A DNA stretch of 64,000 bases from Leptospira sp. (GTDB lineage Bacteria; Spirochaetota; Leptospiria; Leptospirales; Leptospiraceae), in the NCBI GenBank assembly GCA_034439575.1, contig JAWXAQ010000012.1, forward strand, positions 1-64,000, read 5' to 3'. Of the stretch, positions 41,668-51,523 are shown in pieces (the first letter of the stretch is position 1; each line of letters starts with the position of its first letter). The notes beneath the pieces were generated by a model, which was not told the origin of the DNA, made no database searches, and saw nothing but the letters and a program-made list of their open reading frames with translations. A program made the position numbers and the translations under genes.

Positions 41668-44601
41668 TTAAACATAACTTAAAAATTGAATTCTGTTTCT
41701 GCCTTTTCTTTTCGCAATATAAAGTAAATCATCAGCATGTTTAATTAATTGCTCAAAAGTTTGTATTTCACCGCTGTTATGCGAAATTCCAATACTCAAA
41801 GTTCTCTTAATGGGAGGATGATTTTCTCGAATGATTTCTATTTTATCAATACCTTTCCTGATCCGTTCGGCGATCAGAATCCCTGTATCAAAATCTGTAT
41901 TAGGAAGAAAAATAATAAATTCTTCGCCACCATATCTTCCAACGATATCTTTTTCCCTGGCTGAAAAATGTAATACCTCTGCGACTTTTTTTAGAAATAG
42001 ATCACCAATTTCATGTCCATAATTATCGTTTAATGATTTGAATTCGTCAATATCCAACATTAGTAAACATACTGGTTCTGATTTAATTAAGGAAGATTCC
42101 CATTCCGGGTAAGCAGAATTAAAAAAGGATCTTCTATTCCTAAGTCCCGTTAGTTCATCTGTATTGGCTAAGTATCTTGCTTCTTTTAATTGAATTTCTT
42201 TAGCTATAACATCTTTTGTTGCAGAATTTAATTCTAAAAGATTCTGAATGCGTGCAAATAATTCTGATTTATCAAATGGTTTTGATAAAAAATCATTGGC
42301 ACCTGATGCTAGACCCATGGCAAAATCTTCTGACTGATTTCTTGCTGTTAAAAGTATGATGGGAAGTTCTGTTAGATTGTATACACTTCGCAATTCTCTA
42401 CATACTTCATAACCAGACATGATAGGCATCATCACATCCAAGAGTACGAGGTCATATTTTTTCGAATAACATTTGTCCAATGCTTCGCGACCATTTCTTG
42501 CTAATTCGATCTGGCAATTTTTTGTTGATAAAAAATTTCTTACAATATGAAGATTGATTTCTTCGTCGTCAACTATGAGAATTTGTTTACACAGAGTAGT
42601 TGATTGGTAATCCTTATTGATAACTTCGCGAAATGATTCTATGTTCGTATGGTGTTTGTTGTTAATGGAATCACTTTTATTCTCATTATTTTCTGACGTA
42701 ACAACTAAAGGCATTGTAAAACTAAATGTTGAACCCTTCCCTGGTTCAGATACAACCTCAATGAATCCAGAATGTAATTCAATCAATTGTTTGGTGATTG
42801 TCAGTCCTAGGCCTGACCCTTGATATAAATGTGGATCGGGGATTTCTAGCTGTTCATATCTTTTGAATATTTTTTGAATATCTTTCTTTTCGATCCCACT
42901 GCCAGTATCATGGATAGAAATTTTAACCTTACTGCCTATTAACTCATGACTTAAAATTATAGTTCCTGAATTGGTAAATTTGATCGCATTACTTAATAAA
43001 TTAAATAAAATTTGTTGGATTCGATTTTCATCGCATAAAACAAAAGGAAGATCAAACGGAATAAGATTATTTAATTTTAAGTTTGATTTGTTTGTAGAGA
43101 TATCTAAAAGTGCGATAACATGATTTGAGACTTGAAATAGATCTACAGGTTGTATATTTAATTTTAGATCTTTATGTTTTAGTCTAGTAAAATCTAAAAT
43201 GTCATTGACGAGCAAGGAAAGTCTTTTTCCACTTTTATGTATTAAATTTATATTTTCTCTTATGTTCGCAGATAGACTTCCCAGGCTCCCATCTAATATA
43301 GATTCGGTGATGCCTACGATTCCATGTAAGGGAGTTTTGATTTCATGAGAGGTGTTGGCGAGAAATTCATCTTTCAGTTGATTTAATTTGATCGTTTGTT
43401 TTTTGAAATGGCGAAAGTTTCTTTCTTTACCTTGTTGGTATCGATTTACTTTGTTTGCCAATGCTATAGATAATAATATGGATTCTAATCCAACACCGAT
43501 TTTTACAATTTGATGGCTGAATTGTTGCCCAGGCAAAAAACCCAATAAGAGTAGAGCATAGTATGATATCGAACTTAATGCGATGCCCCAAGAGAATAAA
43601 TATAATTTTGCTGGGCCGTATCCTTTAGCGACAGCTATAATGCCCATAGATAAAAGACAAAGTGCCGTGATTATGACTGTGAAAGTTAGATACTGGAGAT
43701 ATTTGCCAAAACTTAATGGAATGAATAATAGAGATACTATTGCCCATAAACTAAAAATGATATATTTTGTTATTTTTAATTTTTTTGATCTTCCTTTCGC
43801 ATCTAGAAAGTTAATTGTAAAGAGAGTCGCAAATATGGCGGCAGAAGTGATAACGACAGAGATTGAGTATAAGTTCCAAGTCACATACTTAGGCCATAAA
43901 TATTGGTAAGCAATTCCAGACATAGAAGTTATATAAAAGAGAATTGAAATAATATAACAGGTGTAAAATATATAGGCTCTATCCTTAATTAATATCCAAA
44001 GGAAAAAATTATAAATGGCCATTCCAAGCAAAAGACCCACAAATGTGAATTCAAAACTTAATAAAATAGCATCATATTGATTGAAATACGATTCGGTAAA
44101 AACATTTAATGAAACTAACAAGCCTGATGAAGTTTTGATTCTTAAATAGATGTCTCCATTTGGCTTTAAATTATTTAAACTGAAAATAATATTTCTATTT
44201 CCGAATTCCCATTTTTCATGAGGGTAAATTCTACCTCCAGATTTAGATTCCCACATTCCATTTTGGTTTTGATATTTTAATTGAACGTCAGATAAAGCAG
44301 GGAAACCCAATTTCATTATATAGGTTAGTGAATCATCTATGACTGAGTATGGTACTTTAATCCAAATTGGTCTTTCTATATGACCAAAATTAAGAGAAGG
44401 CTTTTTAGAAAAAGAAAATGGAATCCTACTTTCATTATTGATTATATCATTCCAACTGAATTCATTATTCGTATCTAAATAATAATAAAATTCACCTGAT
44501 TCAAATAAATCGTTTTTAGTATCCTCCAACTGCAATTCTTTTGATAGAATTGATGTAAGAAAAAATAGAAAATAAAAAACTAAAAAGCATATAGATTTCA
44601 T
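41668..44601 (-). CDS. 7TM-DISM hybrid histidine kinase - receiver - GGDEF protein
   Basis: 7TMR-DISM periplasmic domain + 7 TM; SHEIKTPL, NLLSNAIKF, DTGSG, GSGLGL; VDD/LLDVMMP/KP; REKD..GGEEF. Confidence 0.93.
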   Translation of the reverse strand: MKSICFLVFYFLFFLTSILSKELQLEDTKNDLFESGEFYYYLDTNNEFSWNDIINNESRIPFSFSKKPSLNFGHIERPIWIKVPYSVIDDSLTYIMKLGFPALSDVQLKYQNQNGMWESKSGGRIYPHEKWEFGNRNIIFSLNNLKPNGDIYLRIKTSSGLLVSLNVFTESYFNQYDAILLSFEFTFVGLLLGMAIYNFFLWILIKDRAYIFYTCYIISILFYITSMSGIAYQYLWPKYVTWNLYSISVVITSAAIFATLFTINFLDAKGRSKKLKITKYIIFSLWAIVSLLFIPLSFGKYLQYLTFTVIITALCLLSMGIIAVAKGYGPAKLYLFSWGIALSSISYYALLLLGFLPGQQFSHQIVKIGVGLESILLSIALANKVNRYQQGKERNFRHFKKQTIKLNQLKDEFLANTSHEIKTPLHGIVGITESILDGSLGSLSANIRENINLIHKSGKRLSLLVNDILDFTRLKHKDLKLNIQPVDLFQVSNHVIALLDISTNKSNLKLNNLIPFDLPFVLCDENRIQQILFNLLSNAIKFTNSGTIILSHELIGSKVKISIHDTGSGIEKKDIQKIFKRYEQLEIPDPHLYQGSGLGLTITKQLIELHSGFIEVVSEPGKGSTFSFTMPLVVTSENNENKSDSINNKHHTNIESFREVINKDYQSTTLCKQILIVDDEEINLHIVRNFLSTKNCQIELARNGREALDKCYSKKYDLVLLDVMMPIMSGYEVCRELRSVYNLTELPIILLTARNQSEDFAMGLASGANDFLSKPFDKSELFARIQNLLELNSATKDVIAKEIQLKEARYLANTDELTGLRNRRSFFNSAYPEWESSLIKSEPVCLLMLDIDEFKSLNDNYGHEIGDLFLKKVAEVLHFSAREKDIVGRYGGEEFIIFLPNTDFDTGILIAERIRKGIDKIEIIRENHPPIKRTLSIGISHNSGEIQTFEQLIKHADDLLYIAKRKGRNRIQFLSYV

Positions 44602-44613
44602 CTATCTTTACCC

Positions 44614-46710
44614 TTAGCTGATAATATGATTTAATGAAAAGTTGCGATTTAAGGAAACTAAATCAAAATCATCAATAGGTAGAGGCTTACTTATATAGTA
44701 TCCTTGAGCATAATTGCAACCAATGTCACGTAACATTTCAAATTGTTCTCTATTCTCAACACCTTCTGCCACTACCTTCATAGATAAACTTTCCGCCATC
44801 TTTATTATGGCTTTTACAACAGACAAACCATTGTTACTAAGTTGAATGTTATCAATAAAAGATTTATCTATTTTAATTATATCGATAGGAAAATGAATTA
44901 GATAATTTAAAGAAGAGTAACCTGTTCCAAAATCATCTAAATATATTGTGAGACCCATTTCCTTTAATTCTTTTAAAACGTGGATACTGTGTTTAATATT
45001 ACTCATGATTAAAGATTCAGTCAGTTCTATATGAATGTTTTCTGCTTTTATATTATGTTTGCTTAGATACTTAGCGAATAACCTAGGTAAGTTAGTGTTT
45101 TCGAATTGAAGTGGTGATAAGTTAATTGCAATTGGGATAATATCACTTTTTTCTAAATTCCAACGTTCCAGTTGTTTACAAGCATTGATCAAAATCCAAT
45201 CACCGATCGTATGTATCTGTCCTGTTTCTTCAGCGATTTGTATAAATTCTGTTGGAGGAATATAACCATGAGTCGCATGATTCCATCTACAGAGCGCCTC
45301 TGCATGAGAAATTTTATATTCCTTCATTGAGACAATCGGTTGCAAATGTAGTTTTAAATTTTCGTTAATTATGGCTTCACGTAACCAAGATTCCATTTGC
45401 AAAGAATTGAATTTTCTTTCGTGCATCTTAGTTTCAAAAATACAAAACTTACCACGTCCAATTTTTTTTGCTTCGTGCATGGCTATATCAGCATTTCTTA
45501 ATAATTTTTCTGAATCAAAAGATGATTTATCGGCTTTTGAAACACCTATGGAGCTAGTTAATAGAATCGATTGTCCTTCAATGTTAATAATTTCCGAAAG
45601 TATATTTTGAATCCTCTGGCAAATATCTGCGATGTTAGTTGGTTTCTCGTTGCAAGGAATCACCATTACAAATTCATCACCACCAATCCTAGACAAGATA
45701 AGATTATTATGTTTGTTGGTTTCTTTTAAGAGCCTATTTGCGACTATTTTTAATACGGTGTCCCCAGCGGTATGCCCAAGACTATCATTGATATCTTTAA
45801 ATCGATCAATATCGATATAAAAAATATAAAACTCTTCTAATTTTCCAAATTTTAATTCTTGAATGAGTAAATCTATTGATTCGAAGAGAAATTTTTTGCT
45901 AGAAAGTTTTGTTAATTCATCCTTAGAAATTTTCTCTAGTAATAAATTGTCATACTGAAATCTTTCAGTAACATCTCGGCCCAAATAATAAACTCTGTCA
46001 CTCTCTCCCGTTTTGTCCGAATAGACAAAAAACTCGATCATCGAGTAGCCACCGGCTCGGTTTTGAACTCTTATTTCAGCTAATTGAATATCTGTGGATT
46101 CGATAGATTTTTTATATAGGTCTCTAAATTTCTTTTTGTCTTCTTCATGTATGAAGTTTTCAAAATTGGTTCCTACTATTTTGGAAGGTAACCAACCTAG
46201 AATTTGATTTAAAGATTCATTTGCCATTAATAGAGTTTTGCTCTTATTAATTAATAAAAGTATGTCGGGAATAGAATGAAACAAATGTGAAAATTGATTT
46301 TCTTTGGTAACGAGTGAGTCCATCAGTCCAAAGAGGTCTGTTACATTTTTAAAATGAAAAATAAATTGATTGTTTGAAATGGAATTGGAAGTTACATCAA
46401 GCAATGTAATTTTTCGTCCGTCATTGAATTCAAGAATCCCTAACCTTTGAATTTTCTTTCCTTTCGTAGTGAATTTTAGTGATAAAAAAAATTCAAAACT
46501 CGATGTCGGCAATTCATCATATTTTAATGTCTTATTGTTTAAATTATCCGGAAGACCAAAAATAAATTTAGCAAATTTATTGGCATAACAAATATTAAAG
46601 TTTTCATCCGCAATAATTACACCTTCACTGATCTCTTCTAAAATTTCAGTATGTTCGATTAACATATTTGTCATAGATCGGGATTCCTTTGAAAAATTGT
46701 TATATCGCAC
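44614..46710 (-). CDS. PAS-PAS-GGDEF-EAL protein (start may be ATG 46674)
   Basis: Two PAS-like segments, GGDEF, EAL, IELTE, DDFGTGYSS, AEGVE, QGY. Confidence 0.95.
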   Translation of the reverse strand: MRYNNFSKESRSMTNMLIEHTEILEEISEGVIIADENFNICYANKFAKFIFGLPDNLNNKTLKYDELPTSSFEFFLSLKFTTKGKKIQRLGILEFNDGRKITLLDVTSNSISNNQFIFHFKNVTDLFGLMDSLVTKENQFSHLFHSIPDILLLINKSKTLLMANESLNQILGWLPSKIVGTNFENFIHEEDKKKFRDLYKKSIESTDIQLAEIRVQNRAGGYSMIEFFVYSDKTGESDRVYYLGRDVTERFQYDNLLLEKISKDELTKLSSKKFLFESIDLLIQELKFGKLEEFYIFYIDIDRFKDINDSLGHTAGDTVLKIVANRLLKETNKHNNLILSRIGGDEFVMVIPCNEKPTNIADICQRIQNILSEIINIEGQSILLTSSIGVSKADKSSFDSEKLLRNADIAMHEAKKIGRGKFCIFETKMHERKFNSLQMESWLREAIINENLKLHLQPIVSMKEYKISHAEALCRWNHATHGYIPPTEFIQIAEETGQIHTIGDWILINACKQLERWNLEKSDIIPIAINLSPLQFENTNLPRLFAKYLSKHNIKAENIHIELTESLIMSNIKHSIHVLKELKEMGLTIYLDDFGTGYSSLNYLIHFPIDIIKIDKSFIDNIQLSNNGLSVVKAIIKMAESLSMKVVAEGVENREQFEMLRDIGCNYAQGYYISKPLPIDDFDLVSLNRNFSLNHIIS

Positions 46711-47062
46711 TAATCTTTAAATTTTTATAAACAATTGCAAAAGTTTCGAAACTTTTGAATGAAAATTTTTGCCATTCTTTGGAACTGCTGTATAAAATAA
46801 GAATATCAATATTCTTTTGACTGCAGTATTTTATAAATTGGACAATAGGAGGTACTGTTGAGGAATTCATAAATTCTAAATCATAGAGCTCTATCGACAA
46901 TTTACGGCCACCAATCTCATCCGCTATATTTGAAAGATAAGGGGTCAGGATTTTTCCTGGTGATATATCATCACTTGTGCCTGACCATATAATGCGTACT
47001 AAATTATTTTGATCTTCAACATTTACGTTTATATTGAGTTTATTGTAAGTTAAATTGTTCAT
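46700..47062 (-). CDS. SiaC/slr1659-like STAS-related regulator
   Basis: WSGTS...P...LTP, LEFMNSST phospho-acceptor-like motif, C-terminal WQ. Confidence 0.7.
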   Translation of the reverse strand: MNNLTYNKLNINVNVEDQNNLVRIIWSGTSDDISPGKILTPYLSNIADEIGGRKLSIELYDLEFMNSSTVPPIVQFIKYCSQKNIDILILYSSSKEWQKFSFKSFETFAIVYKNLKISAI

Positions 47063-47063
47063 A

Positions 47064-47540
47064 TTATTTTCCTAAATGTTTTTTTGCTATAACGGTGATC
47101 TCAGTTTCATTTTGTTCGCAGTTTAAATCAAAACCGCATTCATGAATGATTCTAAAAAGACCAAGACGGTTATGTTTATCCTGGTCATTGTCATAGATTT
47201 CCTTTAATCTTGCTTCATATAATGATTTTGGATCTGATTCATTTTTAATTTTTTTGACTGTGGAAATTAATCTAAGTAAATCATCATCATTATCAAATTT
47301 ATTTGATACTTTGATTTCAATATTTTCATGATCTAGATTAAATTCTAATTCAATGTTCTCATTTTTATTTTTTTCAGATCGATACTTCATCGCGTTTTCA
47401 AGTAACTCGGTCGCAGTGATTTGCACAAAATCTTTCGTGGCTTTCGAAAGTGATGCTGATAAATCACCTAGAGTATCTCTAATGTTTGCGATGGCTGACC
47501 AAGAAGGTTCAATATCTATTTGTAAACAAGTTTTTCTCAT
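47064..47540 (-). CDS. SiaB/slr1658-like GHKL Ser/Thr kinase
   Basis: TELLENAMKY N-box, IKVSN, LY...L, LGLFRI; ATG 47540 follows AAGGA. Confidence 0.7.
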   Translation of the reverse strand: MRKTCLQIDIEPSWSAIANIRDTLGDLSASLSKATKDFVQITATELLENAMKYRSEKNKNENIELEFNLDHENIEIKVSNKFDNDDDLLRLISTVKKIKNESDPKSLYEARLKEIYDNDQDKHNRLGLFRIIHECGFDLNCEQNETEITVIAKKHLGK

Positions 47541-47547
47541 ATATCCT

Positions 47548-48573
47548 TTATACGGCAACCTTTGAAGATTTGTTTTGTCTCATTTTTAATAAATAACTTG
47601 GGTTAATTCCAAATTTCTTTTTGAATGCAATAGAAAATTTACTTAATGAACTGTATCCTATCGAAGTAGCAGCCTCTGTTACATTTAAGCCTTCGTTTAA
47701 AATCATATTATATGTTAAATCTAAACGATAATTGCTTAGATAACCGTAGATCGTATCTTTATAGATTTCTTTGAAGCCTGCCTTTAATTTAGAAGTGTTC
47801 AGAGAGACTTTTTTTGCTAATTCAGAAATGTTAGGTGGATTTTCAAGATCAGCGATCAGTAGTTCTCTTGCACGAAAGATCCTGTTTATATCGATATTAG
47901 AATATCTAATCTTATTTTTTACATTGATGTTATAATTTTTTGTAATAAATAGTATTCGGAATAGGGCATCGTAGGTACGAAATAGAAAATATTCTTTTTG
48001 TTTATCATTAGAAAGCGGGATAGAACTTGAGAAAATTTCCACCAAGCTATTGCCAATATTTTGGAAGTATTCGCTTAAGAAAATCAGACCTTCCTTTCTA
48101 GATTCAGGATTCATACTAATATTTGAAAGTGCAGTATCTAAAAATTCTTGAGTAAAATGAGATTTTAAAAAAGACATATTAACGTTTATCAATATGACTT
48201 TGATTTCTTTTTCAGAGGAAAGATTCGCAGGAAAATTTTCACATTGAATTCCATCTGTAGACAATTTCATTTTTCTTTCTTCGCTAATATCCAATTGAAG
48301 AGGAATCAGAAACAAATAAGGATAATTTATATCTTCTCGTTCTAATTGAATTGTGGATTGTGATTTGATCTTTATATATGAAACTTCAATTCCTTCAGCT
48401 AAATGAATGGTTTTTAGAGTGAGACTCTCACCTTCAGCTACGGATTTTATTTTTTTAATCATCCCTGGAATTTTATCTTGAGTCTCCTCACTGTTTACCC
48501 AATTACTATATTGGCAAATTTTCTTAATATAATTTTCATCCTCTATATGGATCAGCTCGTTTGGAAATATCAT
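47548..48573 (-). CDS. Cytoplasmic AraC regulator, PchR/YbtA-like C-terminus
   Basis: ARELLIADLENPPNISELAKKV..N..KLK.GFK, NVTEAA..IGYSSLSKFS.AFKKKFG..P; GAGGAGG RBS. Confidence 0.9.
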   Translation of the reverse strand: MIFPNELIHIEDENYIKKICQYSNWVNSEETQDKIPGMIKKIKSVAEGESLTLKTIHLAEGIEVSYIKIKSQSTIQLEREDINYPYLFLIPLQLDISEERKMKLSTDGIQCENFPANLSSEKEIKVILINVNMSFLKSHFTQEFLDTALSNISMNPESRKEGLIFLSEYFQNIGNSLVEIFSSSIPLSNDKQKEYFLFRTYDALFRILFITKNYNINVKNKIRYSNIDINRIFRARELLIADLENPPNISELAKKVSLNTSKLKAGFKEIYKDTIYGYLSNYRLDLTYNMILNEGLNVTEAATSIGYSSLSKFSIAFKKKFGINPSYLLKMRQNKSSKVAV

Positions 48574-48627
48574 TTTGTTTCCTCCTCAAAATCTATTAAT
48601 AGTATAACAGTTTGCGAGGATACTTCT

Positions 48628-48682
48628 TCCAAATCGATCGATACGTAGTTGAATAAGTGTGTAATATGATCGAGATGGAATA
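48628..48682. promoter_or_regulatory. Operator-like motif pair 1
   Basis: TCCAAATCGATCGATACG and ATATGATCGAGATGGAATA, cores 32 bp apart. Confidence 0.45.
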
Positions 48683-48753
48683 TTATTTAATCGAAATTCG
48701 TGTAGTGAAATTATCTATAAAAAATAATTTCTATCTGAGCTTTTATAAATAAA

Positions 48754-49866
48754 TTATTTTTTAGAAAACTTTTTTCTAAATATGTTAGGTGACATTTTCC
48801 ATTTTTTTCTAAATGCAGAATAGAATGTTGATTGAGAACTAAAGCCCACTTCAAGTGCAATGCTTAGAACAGTTCTTTGAGGTTCGTTAAGAAGAATCTT
48901 TTCTGATTCAATGATTCTATAATGATTTATAAAATCATAAAAATTTGTTTTTAATATTTCATTCAAATACTGAGATAATTTATGTCCACCGATTCCAAGC
49001 ATTTCCGCTAATTTATCCATACTGATATCGTGATCTTCGTATATTTTATCTTCATCTAGAAGGCGATTTAGTTTTTCTTGAATCTTCTGAAGGTTTACAT
49101 TTTTTAGATTTGAATTTTCATATTTTATTTTCTGAAATTCTTTTTGAACTCGTTTGGCACTTTGCGGGAATTTACGAACTATGATATGTAGATAGATCAA
49201 TAAAAATGAAATCATTACTGAAATCAATTTATGAGATAATACTAAATATTCATGGTTCAAAAATATTGTCGTAATTAATCCTACACTTAAAGTAACAATA
49301 CATGTAGTTAGTATGATAAAAATATGAAAGGTAACTTCTTCTCTTTTGAATGATTTTAAATTCACAATCGGTCTTAATTTGATAATGAAGTGAAGTAAAT
49401 AAATAATGGTTTGGATGAAGACTACATAGCGTATCAAACTGATTAAGAAAGAATAACCAAACTCTAATTTTCCTTCGTCGATATTCTCTATAATAATTTT
49501 TTTTTCTTCATCCGAAAGAAATGAATAAGGAATGATGATAATAAGAGCAAGAATTGCAGGGATGAAAGGTAAAAAATACCTTTTGCTGATATTTGTATTG
49601 GTTCTTATAATAATTTGTAAGTAAATATAAAGCAAAGGGCCAATTGTACAGGCAAACGGCAAATCTATGCTATGTAAAAATAAATAATTACCTTCAATCC
49701 CTAAGAACCAAATATAATAAGAAAATTGAACTAATCCTACCGCAAAGAAGAGAACCCCTGTGGCCAACTTTTCCCAAAAACTATGCGAGTCCAATATTGC
49801 CCCGAGTAATCCAAGGAGGCTTGTGACCATTCCGGCAAAGATGATTAATAAAAAAGGGTCAAACAT
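48754..49866 (-). CDS. Membrane-anchored AraC regulator (paralog 1)
   Basis: About 7 TM, KYENSNL, LSQYLNE, VLSIALEVGFSSQSTFY. Confidence 0.92.
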   Translation of the reverse strand: MFDPFLLIIFAGMVTSLLGLLGAILDSHSFWEKLATGVLFFAVGLVQFSYYIWFLGIEGNYLFLHSIDLPFACTIGPLLYIYLQIIIRTNTNISKRYFLPFIPAILALIIIIPYSFLSDEEKKIIIENIDEGKLEFGYSFLISLIRYVVFIQTIIYLLHFIIKLRPIVNLKSFKREEVTFHIFIILTTCIVTLSVGLITTIFLNHEYLVLSHKLISVMISFLLIYLHIIVRKFPQSAKRVQKEFQKIKYENSNLKNVNLQKIQEKLNRLLDEDKIYEDHDISMDKLAEMLGIGGHKLSQYLNEILKTNFYDFINHYRIIESEKILLNEPQRTVLSIALEVGFSSQSTFYSAFRKKWKMSPNIFRKKFSKK

Positions 49867-49990
49867 AAGTGACTTATAAGCTGAGCGTTTCTAAAGTAAT
49901 ATCTTGCGATATAAATATTTCATTTAAAGAACCCATATGGTCTGCCCTGGGAGAATAATATTCAGCCATCTATCAGTAGAAATCAAAGTT

Positions 49991-50085
49991 TCCGAATCGG
50001 TCGATTCGGAACAACAGTTTTAAGAAAGGATTGAAAAATTATTACTTATAAAATTAGTTTTTGTCCCAATGATTGAAATGGAATA
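49991..50085. promoter_or_regulatory. Operator-like motif pair 2
   Basis: Palindrome TCCGAATCG-GT-CGATTCGGA (49991-50010) and TCCCAATGATTGAAATGGAATA (50064-50085). Confidence 0.5.
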
Positions 50086-50104
50086 CACTTTAAATTGAGA
50101 AATG

Positions 50105-51256
50105 TCATTCACTAAGTCTAGTTTTTGGAACCTTGGGACTCAAGTTCGCCTGTCCATAAATTTTTCTGTAGGCGTTAGGTGACATTTTCCATTTTTTACC
50201 AAAAGCTGAGTAAAAGGTAGATTGAGAACTGAATCCAACTTCAAGGGCAATACTTAGTACGGTCCTATCTGAGCTATTTAACAATAATGATTCTGATTCA
50301 AGCAAACGATGATGATTGATCAAATCATAAAAATTTGTTTTCATAATTTCATTGAGATATTGTGATAATTTATGAGAACCGATTTCGAGTTGTTCTGCAA
50401 GTTTATCTAAACTAAGTTCATTATCTCTATATATTTTTTCGACATCCAAAAGATAATTTAATTTGATTCGAATTTTATCGAGGTCTACATTTCGAAGGTT
50501 TGAATTTTCATATTTTACTTTTTGGTATTCATCATGAATTTTTGATGCACTTTGAGGAAACTTTCGAACTAACAGGTGTAAATACAAAAGTAATGCTGTA
50601 ATCATTAATGACATGATTTGATGGGCAAAACGAAGTCTCTCAAACTCAAAAAATACTTGAGCTACTAGTCCCAACAATACTATTCCGATTGTCGCTAATA
50701 TAATGATAAATATATGCAATGTTAGTCTTTCTCTTATAAAAGACTTAAGGCTGACTAAGATACTTGTTTTATAAATGAAATATATAAGATAAAGCGTAGT
50801 CTGAATAAAGATGACCATCCTGATCACTAAAATAAGGAAAGCATATCCAAAACTTTGAACCCCATAATTCAATTCTTGTAATATGATTCGTTTATCATTA
50901 TCTGGAATCATCGCAAAAGGTAGGATGATAAATAAGGATAGAATTGCAGGAATAAAAGGTAGGTAAAATTTCGAATAGGAAGAAGTTTTATTTTCTATAA
51001 TTCTGTTTAAATACAAAAATAACAAAGGCCCTATGCAACAAGCAAATGGCAAATCTATACTACTAAAAAAAAGGTAGTTTTCTTCAAGGCCTGAATACCA
51101 TAAAAAATATGAAATTTGTTTCATTCCTATCGAAAAGAATAATAGGAAAGTTCCAGCCTTTTCGAAAAAAGAAATTTTGTCGATGAGTGTGCTAATTGCA
51201 CTTAAGAAACTAATGATTACTCCACTCAAAATAATTAACAAAAAAGGATCATTCAT
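50105..51256 (-). CDS. Membrane-anchored AraC regulator (paralog 2)
   Basis: Same architecture as paralog 1 with long identical peptides (SIDLPFAC, VRKFPQSA, RTVLSIALEVGFSSQSTFYSAF). Confidence 0.92.
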   Translation of the reverse strand: MNDPFLLIILSGVIISFLSAISTLIDKISFFEKAGTFLLFFSIGMKQISYFLWYSGLEENYLFFSSIDLPFACCIGPLLFLYLNRIIENKTSSYSKFYLPFIPAILSLFIILPFAMIPDNDKRIILQELNYGVQSFGYAFLILVIRMVIFIQTTLYLIYFIYKTSILVSLKSFIRERLTLHIFIIILATIGIVLLGLVAQVFFEFERLRFAHQIMSLMITALLLYLHLLVRKFPQSASKIHDEYQKVKYENSNLRNVDLDKIRIKLNYLLDVEKIYRDNELSLDKLAEQLEIGSHKLSQYLNEIMKTNFYDLINHHRLLESESLLLNSSDRTVLSIALEVGFSSQSTFYSAFGKKWKMSPNAYRKIYGQANLSPKVPKTRLSE

Positions 51257-51434
51257 GGTCTTTCATGGACAAGATTGTAAAAGGCTATTAATCCACCAAG
51301 AAGTAAAATTTGTTAAAATCTAATATGTAGACCTTTGCGGAATAATAGTTATTCCTTCGGCGAAGGAGAAAAATTTATCTTTTGAAAATTTATAACCATA
51401 GTTGATAAAGGAAAAATCAATTATCATTTGAAAT

Positions 51435-51489
51435 TCTCAATCGGTCGAAATGGAATATATAAAAACTTTTATCCGATCGAAACGGAGGA
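51435..51489. promoter_or_regulatory. Operator-like motif pair 3
   Basis: TCTCAATCGGTCGAAATGGAATA and ATCCGATCGAAACGGA, cores 32 bp apart. Confidence 0.5.
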
Positions 51490-51523
51490 CTAATGATAAA
51501 AAATAAATTATAATTAAATCACT

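Noticed and set aside
48628-51489. CRISPR array or REP/MITE explanation for the repeated motif
   Set aside because: Copies are degenerate, dispersed in pairs across three intergenic regions, with no regular spacers, terminal repeats or cas/transposase genes
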